A DNA stretch of 64,000 nt from Eutreptiella sp. 'Long Island Sound 2002' (lineage: Eukaryota; Protista; Euglenida). The notes under the pieces are model-generated. The model ran no database searches and was not told the DNA's origin. It worked only from the letters and a program-made list of their open reading frames with translations. The stretch is from NCBI GenBank assembly GCA_964036045.1, contig OZ038379.1, positions 6,634,001 to 6,698,000 on the forward strand, in the 5' to 3' direction. Both the position numbers and the translations under genes were made by a program. Positions 10,304 through 19,000 of the stretch are shown here, piece after piece. Every line of letters starts with the position of its first letter. Position 1 is the stretch's first letter.

Positions 10304-12022
10304 CGAGAAAACCCGTGGCGGTATCGGGATGCCGTCGCGGGGATCGAACCACCGGGAGAGCAGAGGCCGACGTACCGGTGGTTGGCGCTTGAGTTTGAGT
10401 CGCACCGACGTGAGGAAGAACCCACAACACCTGTGGGTGTTGCAATTCGGGGTTGGAAGCCGTCTACGACGGCTGGATACGCGTCCAGTTTGCGAAGGTT
10501 GGGAGACCTTGAGGAATCCTTGGGAGAAGAGGGCAACTTGCCTTCCATCCTATCTCGGAAACTCGCTCAGCACGTTCAAAATGGTGGCAGCTCAAGTGGG
10601 GCGAGAGGCATCATCTCGGTAGTGCGGGCTTGTGAAGACCTCCAAATGGCTGCAGGGGTCGTCAAACCACTGCATTGGCGGCTTGCTAAAGCGGGGGCCC
10701 AAGCGGGAGTCCAAGAATATGCAAGTCCTGTACTGCTGCGTCATTTGGTGGATAGAACGACTTCGGATGGCGAAAGGGCGGTCGTGGCAATGGCCCTGGT
10801 GTCATATGTTTGTTTTCTTAGAGTGGCGGAGGCTGCTAGCGTACGTGTTGGGGATGTACGTGACAGCAGTTATTTGGTTTTTTGGAATAGTAAGACAGGA
10901 CATGAAGGGTGGCAGAGGAGGCCGGTGCCTCCTTGGGTCAGGCCGTTTGTTGAGTGGCTTCACGACTGGGCTGAGGGACGAGGGTGCGCCAGGGACGACT
11001 TGCTCTTTCCTGCAGGGGCTCCTCAGCTCGAGAAAACAATGGCGGACTTGGTGCGTGGGACGGCATGGTCCCGACATCGGTGGCACTGTTTCCGACGTGG
11101 AGGAGCTGCAGCGTGCTGGAAGAGAGGACCGGCCCTGCCTCATTTTAAATGGTGGGGCAGATGGGCAGCAACGGCGACGGCAATGGCGTATGCGCTTGGG
11201 TACCGAGATGAAGAGGTTGTGGCCCCGCTTTGTCTACCACAGGTTTGGGGTTCCGTATCAGCGGCAGCTTTCGCGGATCCGCAGCAAGTATGGGGAGACA
11301 TCATGTTCGATGAGCGGCATCAGGACAAAAACCGGCCGGTGTGGGGCCGGAGCGAGCGACGCCGAGCAGCGCCCAGTATGTTCAGGGGTAAGAGATTTGC
11401 AGGGGAACCGAGATCTGATGCGGCAGACTTGGGCAGTTCATCGGAGGACACGGGATCAGGAGTATCGGCCGATGATGGGCCGAGTGTGCGTTCGGGTGTC
11501 CGGAGGACTGCAGAGGTTGTTCCAGCGCCAGAGGCAAGAAGGAGTTCAAGAGCAGGACCGACGATGGGGAGGCCAGGTGTCGCTGAGCGGGGACTTGCGG
11601 GTCCTGCCGGTCCACTCCCCAGCGGGGGATCGGATGCCAGCGATGCAGCGAGTGCTGGGCAGCAAGTGCCCGGCAATGGAGGAGAGAGGGCAAAGTTCAG
11701 ATTCACGGCGCCGCCGCCGGGACGACCAAAGGCGCCAACGAAGTCGGGGCCATGGCGGTCAGCCGCTGAGCCTGCCCGAGGGCACCGAGGAGTCAAGCGT
11801 ACGGTGGGTGGCAGAGCCCTTTCAGTACCAGCAGGCCGGAAGGGTGGCGCGGCGGTGGCGGTGGCGACGCCTTCAACGAGACGCCCGGTTACCACAAGGG
11901 TGGCGGGAGCTACACGACGACCGCGGCACAGCGATGGAGAGTCCGGACCGGGACGGAAGCGATCCAGGACTCTACCCAGTGGAGCCGGCAGCACCAGGGG
12001 GGGGGCTCGCCAGCAACGGTGA
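10304..12022 (+). CDS. Tyrosine recombinase (phage-integrase family) with a low-complexity C-terminal tail
   Basis: CFLRVAEA (R), WNSKT (K), HCFRRGG (HxxR), WWGRW (H/W), AMAY (Y); N-terminal KPSTTAGYASSL core-binding-like segment. Frame is open from 10304 with no ATG before ~10646. Confidence 0.9.
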   Translation, partial: RENPWRYRDAVAGIEPPGEQRPTYRWLALEFESHRREEEPTTPVGVAIRGWKPSTTAGYASSLRRLGDLEESLGEEGNLPSILSRKLAQHVQNGGSSSGARGIISVVRACEDLQMAAGVVKPLHWRLAKAGAQAGVQEYASPVLLRHLVDRTTSDGERAVVAMALVSYVCFLRVAEAASVRVGDVRDSSYLVFWNSKTGHEGWQRRPVPPWVRPFVEWLHDWAEGRGCARDDLLFPAGAPQLEKTMADLVRGTAWSRHRWHCFRRGGAAACWKRGPALPHFKWWGRWAATATAMAYALGYRDEEVVAPLCLPQVWGSVSAAAFADPQQVWGDIMFDERHQDKNRPVWGRSERRRAAPSMFRGKRFAGEPRSDAADLGSSSEDTGSGVSADDGPSVRSGVRRTAEVVPAPEARRSSRAGPTMGRPGVAERGLAGPAGPLPSGGSDASDAASAGQQVPGNGGERAKFRFTAPPPGRPKAPTKSGPWRSAAEPARGHRGVKRTVGGRALSVPAGRKGGAAVAVATPSTRRPVTTRVAGATRRPRHSDGESGPGRKRSRTLPSGAGSTRGGARQQR

Positions 12023-13961
12023 CCAGCCCCTGGGCTCCCCCTTGAGAGTGCCTGGGATTCTGGGGGGTTGGGTGGGCACGGAGGCTGGCCTGCATCTTAA
12101 AGGTGGAATTCTCCTGACCATCATGGCTGTGCTGACCCAACACTTCTGGTGGCTCAAGTGTAGGCTACAGTGTGCAGTAGGGGTTCTGGTGCGTCGTCTG
12201 TGGATACTGTTGAATCGCATTATTTCTGTTTGTGAGGACTTTCGGTTGGATGAGCCACTGGGGATTTGCCTGATGGCAGTACAGTACCTCTCGCCAGGGG
12301 TTTGGGATTCTGTTAATCACCTCTCCACCTCTCCCAAGCCTAGGGAAGCGAAGGTCACCCCGGAGATTTTGGAGGCTGGTATAGGTAATGTGGGGTGCTA
12401 TGCGATGTCTGAAGCGGAATGGGATGCTGCGGTGCCCCCGGAGTTTTTGGAATTCATGAGAACTTTTGATCTGCGGGAGGCTGACAGGGGAAATGGGAGG
12501 GTGCGAGCAACGGTGAGTGGAATGACGGACGCCATTCGAAGGACTGGTGTTTTACATGATGAATCACCCTCTCTACCGCCAACCTGTTTTCCTTTTGTAA
12601 TACCCAAAAATGATATTAAGCGCTCCTTGATTTTAAGTTGCGTGGGTATTCACAGGGGATTGCATCTCAAGCCACCAAAGTTTTCACTAGCGTCTTGGGA
12701 GGGAATAGGTAGATGGATGGCGGAGCAGCCGGCTGGGGTGGAACTGTACGGTACTCATATCGACCTCTCTAATGCCTTCTGGTCGTTCCTGTTACCCAGA
12801 AAAGCGAGGCGAATTTTCCGCTTCTTTACCCACCAGAAGGGGGGGCTCGTGTCGCTGGACCGCCTCCCGTTTGGGTGGGCCTTTTCGCCCTATCTGTGTC
12901 AGGAGATATTGGGGCGGGTGGTGGGAGATGCAGTGCCGGATGGGGTCTTTTTGGTGCATTACTTGGATGACTTTATTTTGTTATCCAGCGACAAACCCCT
13001 GCTTGGGACAACCACGAGTCACTTGAAAGATCGTATCGTGCGGGCGGGATTCTTGGTTAGTGCTAAGAGCACACTGAGCCCCGTCCAGAAGCTACAGGCC
13101 TTGGGGAAGGTGGTTGATTTGAAAGAACGTTCCATCCAAGTGCAGCCTTTTGTGTTCCTCCAGTTCCTGGTTGCGTGGTTGCGACTGGCCACGGGGGCGT
13201 ACTCGAAGCGGCGGCTGGACAAGCTGCTGGGTACCCTGCAGTGGCATTTAGGGCCACGACGCGGGTTTTCAGGGGTGCTCGCAGGAGCGTATGCCTGGTC
13301 GAGATTTGGACCGGAAAGGGCGCCAGCCACCCCTGTTAAAGTGTTGGAGGGATTGGCGACAGCAATTGCGCGCATAGGCCAGAAGTGGAGACCGCTGTCG
13401 GAGTCGCGCATGCGAAGGGTACGGCAGCTGGGAGGTTGGTGCCTCTCTGAAAGGCCGGCATCTAGAGGCGATTTGTTTGGGGCTGTGATATTGGTGGATG
13501 CCGCCAAAGACGGTGTTTGCTACAGGGTGGGTGGTGTGTTGCCTGCTAACCAGTCTGTGCGAACATGGGTATGCCCGGACGGACCCTGTAACCAGCAGGT
13601 GGCGGAGCTCATGGGCATAGCGTGGGCGGTGAGATTGGCGGTGCGGTTGGGTTGGAAGGTTTTCACTGTCTTCGCCGACAGTATGGTGGGCATTGCTCAG
13701 GTGAGGGGTTTGAAGGCAGCATCCCATCTGCGTACCCAGTTGCGTGTGTTGCGCGCACTGACGTGGGTGCTGTATAACACAGGAGTGATAGTACGTCTAA
13801 TTTGGGTGCCGTCAGAGCTTCATCCTGCCGATCCAATGAGTCGAGTGGACATGGATTTCGGGGGGCGGGTGCACCAAGCTGAGTTGGAGGCGTGGGAGAG
13901 ATGGCGAGTATTGCAGAAGTATCCTGAACTCTGCTGGGTGCAAGGCCTAGCTTATGTATGA
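11934..13961 (+). CDS. Reverse transcriptase plus RNase H (DIRS-type); frame is open back to 10632
   Basis: HIDLSNAFWSF, RLPFGWAFSP, HYLDDFILL, LQALG; RNase H ILVDAAK, QQVAELMG, VFADSM, WVPSELHPADPMSR. The start codon is uncertain. Confidence 0.93.
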   Translation: MESPDRDGSDPGLYPVEPAAPGGGLASNGDQPLGSPLRVPGILGGWVGTEAGLHLKGGILLTIMAVLTQHFWWLKCRLQCAVGVLVRRLWILLNRIISVCEDFRLDEPLGICLMAVQYLSPGVWDSVNHLSTSPKPREAKVTPEILEAGIGNVGCYAMSEAEWDAAVPPEFLEFMRTFDLREADRGNGRVRATVSGMTDAIRRTGVLHDESPSLPPTCFPFVIPKNDIKRSLILSCVGIHRGLHLKPPKFSLASWEGIGRWMAEQPAGVELYGTHIDLSNAFWSFLLPRKARRIFRFFTHQKGGLVSLDRLPFGWAFSPYLCQEILGRVVGDAVPDGVFLVHYLDDFILLSSDKPLLGTTTSHLKDRIVRAGFLVSAKSTLSPVQKLQALGKVVDLKERSIQVQPFVFLQFLVAWLRLATGAYSKRRLDKLLGTLQWHLGPRRGFSGVLAGAYAWSRFGPERAPATPVKVLEGLATAIARIGQKWRPLSESRMRRVRQLGGWCLSERPASRGDLFGAVILVDAAKDGVCYRVGGVLPANQSVRTWVCPDGPCNQQVAELMGIAWAVRLAVRLGWKVFTVFADSMVGIAQVRGLKAASHLRTQLRVLRALTWVLYNTGVIVRLIWVPSELHPADPMSRVDMDFGGRVHQAELEAWERWRVLQKYPELCWVQGLAYV

Positions 13962-14012
13962 CGCCCACCTGGGTCGCGCCGCGGGTGTCAGAAGCCAGCC
14001 TGGTAAAGCTTT

Positions 14013-14140
14013 CCAGTGAGCCGAGGCAAGCATTGTTTAGTATTGTTTCGTGCATGCACTAGGGTTAAACTCGTGTTTTGAGCTTGCTCAAAACACTGGT
14101 TTAACTTAATTACCTCTTCATTAGGCATTTGTCAGTTTGT
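14013..14140 (+). repeat. Internal B1-A2 junction (circle-junction copy) of the split direct repeats
   Basis: B1 14013-14071 matches 14530-14588; A2 14070-14140 matches 6726-6796; shared CT at 14070-14071. Confidence 0.93.
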
Positions 14141-14529
14141 CCCCCCCCCCCCACCCCCTGCCACTAATCGGGGCGGGTTTCTGCCACACTTCATAGCTGT
14201 TTTGTGGAGTGGGAGCGGTGGGATGTCCAGCTTAAGAGCGACAGTAGTGGGCGCAGGGGGGGGGTTTGAAGGTGAGAGGGTGGCCTGCTCTGACCCCACC
14301 CACCCACCCCCTGCCGCGATTGAGTTACATCCGCGCATGACCAGCTATGATGGGCAGGGACGGGGCACTGTATGTTGAATGTATCTTTGCTTTCGTCGGC
14401 GGGACATGACAGAATACGCGGGTGAGTGAGTGCGTGAACGTGTGGGTATTGGTCGGGTCCCCTGCGGGGAGGCGAACGCTGTCGGTCACAACGATGTTAT
14501 ACTGGCCACTACGGTGGCAACTGAACAGG

Positions 14530-14588
14530 CCAGTGAGCCGAGGCAAGCATTGTTTAGTATTGTTTCGTGCATGCACTAGGGTTAAACT
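14530..14588 (+). repeat. Split direct repeat B2 (right terminus)
   Basis: CCAGTGAGCCGAGGCAAGCATTGTTTAG...CACTAGGGTTAAACT, 59 bp, identical to B1. Confidence 0.93.
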
Positions 14589-14928
14589 TAAGGTTTTGTA
14601 TTTGTCTCTTGAAGCAAGGATGAACATAAACCATCCGAGTGTCACGCATCATGAAGCTTTGAGGACATGGATGGGCTGCATGTGTCTCACCCGCATATTG
14701 TGCTTTGGAATCAACGCAAAATGATGGAGTGCAAGCACCGATGTTAGTAGCAAGTGTCATAAAGTTCAATTGCATAGTACGTAGGTGTTTGCCCTCATGC
14801 TGTAAATGCTAAAGGGAGGGCATTTCAATACTTTTGCACCCACCGTAAACCCAATTGTCTGCTCGTGCCGCTACTCCGCAGCTACTCCGCAAAAGTTCTT
14901 GTGTCATGACGCTACGCTTGTTAGTTCA
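14587..14928 (+). repeat. Right arm (part 2) of the inverted duplication
   Basis: Reverse complement of 2328-2669 with few substitutions. Confidence 0.92.
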
Positions 14929-15108
14929 CAAAATCATTGTTTTCCATTATTTAAATTATGTATTATGTATGTTCATGTATTACATATTATTCATTTCGTT
15001 TATTTACATGTAAAACGTGCAAGTAACCCGTTTTACCGGCACGAAAACGGGCTATTAACCCGTTTTTCTCGGCCATGTAACCCGTTTTACTGCCGAAAAA
15101 ATAGGTGC

Positions 15109-15681
15109 TGTTTCTATTTTGTTTTTGGTTGCAAAGGCAATGCCATAGACTCCGGGTACCATGGACGCATCCCTACAACCCTTGGACTCGAGTCCGGAGA
15201 CTCCACCCCAATAGGCTATGGTCCGACAGTCCAATCCCCCATCGTCCTCAGCATATGTATGCCTTGCAACAGAAGACATATTAAGGATGACTCTATGTAT
15301 CTGGCATATTCATCACCAAGACCATGTCTTATGTGACTGCACTACATTTGGTACCGAATTCAAGTAGGTTTGAAATAAATACGGTCCCTACTTACTGTGG
15401 CATGGACAAGGGCGTGGCTATGACAAAGGCGAGGGGTACCTTGTTTGACACAGCCACCTACCATGAGCTACTGCATCACTACTACGGAAACCTACTATGG
15501 AAAGGCACACAAACGGTGTTGTTTCTATTTTGTTCCTAGTTGCAAAGGCAATGCCTCAGACTCCGGGTACCATGGACGCATCCCTACAACCCTTGGACTC
15601 GAGTCCGGAGACTCCACCCCAATAGGCTATGGTTCGACAGTCCAATCCCCCATCGTCCTCAGCATATGTTTGCCTTGCAAC
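15109..15681. repeat. Direct repeat of ~160 bp (15109-15270 and 15520-15681)
   Basis: TGTTTCTATTTTGTT...GACTCCGGGTACCATGGACGCATCCC...GCCTTGCAAC twice. Confidence 0.88.
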
Positions 15682-16095
15682 GCCAAGCGCAGGGAGCAAA
15701 AATTCAGAAGTGGTCCCCAACAAAGGGGAGCAAAATCAGAAGTGGCTACCTCACCCCTGCCTTCTCGGGGGCCAAAAAGGGGGCGGAAATGCTATGGTGC
15801 CCCTGCATTCTCGGGGATCCCCAACGCCAAGCGCGGGGAGCAAAAATTCAGAAGTGGTCACCAACAAAGGGGAACAAAATCAGAAGTGGCTACCTCACCC
15901 CTGCCTTCTCGGGGGCCCAAAAGAGGGCGGGTATGCTTTGTCACCCCATTCTCGGGGATCCCCAACACCAAGCGCGGGGAGCAAAAATTCAGAAGTGGTC
16001 CCCAATAAAGTAGAACTAAATCAGAAGTGGCTACCTCACCCCTGCCTTCATGGGGGCCCAAAAGAGGGTGACGTATTCTTTGTGGCGTTTTGGCG
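15681..16095. repeat. Tandem repeat, ~143 bp x 3
   Basis: CCAAGCGC(A/G)GGGAGCAAAAATTCAGAAGTGGTC...AAATCAGAAGTGGCTACCTCACCCCTGCCTTC units. Confidence 0.88.
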
Positions 16096-19000
16096 ACATT
16101 CTCGAATCCCCTCGTAATTCCATTTGAGTCCACACGGGCAAGGGAATGGTGACACAAGTGGGCGGTCAGGTTCACGCAAGCCGGGGGTCAGAACCCGCTC
16201 CCCAGTCGCCACGTGTGAAACCGAAACAGGGCATTCCCGCAGACATACAAATGAACCCACGAGGCACACGCAGAGCGTTGCTAAAGGGTGGGGCTGAGCT
16301 GTGCGGGGGGGACCCCAACCCCGCAGAGGATTGTGAGGCCTTTGTCTTCACATGGGACGGGGCACAACAAACCCGACTGAAACCCCCCGTTCCCAGAAGA
16401 CCAACAAATGCCATACTACTGCAGCTGTACATTGGGGGGGGGGGGGGGTGGCAGGACAGGGCAGACAGGGGACTAGGGCCCGAACCCACTCCCATGTCCC
16501 ATCTCCACCCGCGCTTCTTATTGCCATCCCTGACCGTCCTTGTCGGCCAATGGACAATGCGGCCCAATCACTTACCGGGGGCTTTGGGGGGGGTGTTAGA
16601 TCCCCCCCACCCCACCCCCCACCCGCGAGATGTTGAGTTGTGAAGCAAAATTCTGGGCACCCGCCTAAAATGGTAAAAAAAAATCAACCAATTGAAGACA
16701 GCCTTTGACGAAGGTGTGGGGGTCTGTAAAGGGGGGACGGGGTGCGGACGTACTCCGCGGCCGCCATCTCCATCGTGGCTAAGCGCCAGTGAACATCAAA
16801 GCCCAGAGGAACCCACGCCCACGGCAGGTATTCGTCTCCGCAAAGCACGGGGTCTCTGGGGCTGAGGTGATCGTACAGTCGACGTGCTCCAGGACCCCTA
16901 CAAGCTGCCCCATGACTGCCAAGCGGTGGATACCGATGCCTTCGACTTCATCCAGCGTCATCTCAAAGCACGACCAACCCTAGGTGCACCCGGGGGGCCT
17001 CTACCAGAGATGTATTGGATATACTGGATCCTTGTATGGTCCCCCTGACCCCGGCGTCAAAGGTGCCAGAAAAAAAATTTTAAGCTTAAATCCTGTTGCA
17101 CCAAAGGCGCAGAAGAAAATTCTGCCTCAAACAGTGGAACGGGAGGAGGGGCGGGGGGGGGGGGGGAGAGGGGTCCAGCGGGGGGGGGGGGGGATCCCCC
17201 CTCCTCCGACGGTAAACGGTCGTTCTAATACATCCCTGGCCTTTACACCATCTCCAGCAGATGCCTGTACATCAGCCCCCTCTCTTTCTGGCCCTCTTTC
17301 TGAAGGTCATGCCGTGCCCATTGCTGCACCCCTGCGCAACCCCATGCTGCGCCCTTGCGCCACCTTGCCCTGCGCCCCTTCGCGGTCCCACCCTGCGCCC
17401 CTGCGCAGCTCTGCACTGTGCCCCAAGAATTTGTACGCCGCCCCCGTGTGCGCCTTTCTGGTGCGGTCCTTCAGGTTTCGACGCAGAGTGGCTTCCTATG
17501 AGCAGCCATCTTCACGATCCGCCTCCTGTAGCATGGACTGCAAGCCGTTCCGAATTGGTACCGCCTGCTTGCTCCGCTCGCATGTCCCATCGCCAACTGT
17601 AACCCCTCTTCCAGGACCCCAGGGTCAGTCCTCCTCCACCACGGATTTGCACGTGGGCTGTGCATCCGCCGGCTCCATTCTTCGCCTGAGAAGAGCGGGT
17701 GTGCGACTGAGAGACAGGGGGTTCCTTCGAAGACCTCTGGTATTTGTGGTCTCCCCCCCCCGGCCCAGAACCGTCCCCCACCCTCTTCCCTTTGCTCAGT
17801 GCCGAGTGTGCGCATTGGCGTTGCTTGCCGATGCTTTTGAGGTCTACCACGTTTTTGGGGGGTTCTTTTGACCCCCTCCCCTGAGTTTTGCTTAAAAGGG
17901 GGCGCGGGGGGTCTGGAACCCAAAAGTCCAACAGTTTGTGTACCAAAAAAATTAGCCCAAATCAATATTTCCTGTTGTACATTTCACTTTTTTCCCACAA
18001 TGTTTCAAATCGCATCACTGGCTTCTGTAGGTTTGTCAGATGCTGCCTGTCAAAAAAATCAACCTCCTAACGCTTTGACGGCACTATTAACCGCAAAAGC
18101 CAGGTACCACATGACTACGCGTATAAAGGCAACTTTTTTGGGACGAAATTTGAATATGTGCTCGCAATGTTGATGCTTCTTATGAACAGATATGCAAGTT
18201 GCAAAGCTCGAAGATCATGAAATCATGGGTGTTGGTCAAATCGGGTCCGAGAGGGAGGGGTGTTAGCCCCCCCCCCCCCCAAGGAGATGCTGAGTTGTTA
18301 AGCAAAACTCTGCCCCTCCCCCACAAAAAAATTCTTAATGAATTGCTGCCATGACCTGCCACCCCTCGAGAAAATGGTGGGCTAACAGCGGTGTCCGAAA
18401 ATGGCTAAAATCGCCAAAAATTAATCCAAATAACGCTGTGCAAAAACGGCCGAAACGCCTGAAAACAATACAACTACCGCCATCCGAAAACGGCCAAAGC
18501 TGTGTCTGCGGCATATTGCACATCACCGGTCCCGCCCCCGCTCAGGCGCAAGATGTGAAGCCAATGGGTGTCCGTTTGTGGCTGTTGTGGAATCCGGGGA
18601 TATCCGTGGCCTCCTGTTAAATCGGACACGAGCGTGCGGTACCGCCTTTGCTGGAAAAGATCACGGAAAGGCGTGCCAAGTGGTGCCGGCAACAATGATC
18701 ACTTGGCAATGATCATCGCGGCATCATGGCAGGGGGTGGTGTCTTCTATGCATGTTGAATTTGTGTTTTGCTTTGCGCTGCCTATGTTACCAATGCAACC
18801 TAAGTCTTGAGACTTGTCTCACCCCGCCCCCGCCCCCCCCTCTGGCAACATTCGGAACTGGTTGGCAATGGCCATATGCCTTGGGTGCTGTGGACGGGAG
18901 TCCCCAAGAAACTGGTGCACAAATTGCTTAACCAGTTTGCTGCCCCAATAGCACAGCAACCCGTACCTTCAACATGTGACCACGCACCATGTTCAAAGCT

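Larger units (their letters stand above)
6726..14588 (+). mobile_element. Tyrosine-recombinase retrotransposon (DIRS order; VIPER/TATE-like gene order gag-YR-RT/RH) with split direct repeats
   Basis: YR and RT/RNase H motifs. A1 6726-6796 matches A2 14070-14140, and B1 14013-14071 matches B2 14530-14588. Flanks rejoin to the empty site GGGAGC-CT-TAAGG. Confidence 0.92.

Noticed and set aside
15681-16095. CRISPR-like arrays (also 34199-34397, 41976-42047, 58541-58710)
   Set aside because: Units are contiguous tandem copies without unique spacers, there are no cas genes, and the context is eukaryotic.
16866-16983. Possible isolated exon (DVLQDPYKLPHDCQAVDTDAFDFIQRHL)
   Set aside because: Coding-like codon usage and a GT donor, but no compatible neighbouring exons or recognisable domain.
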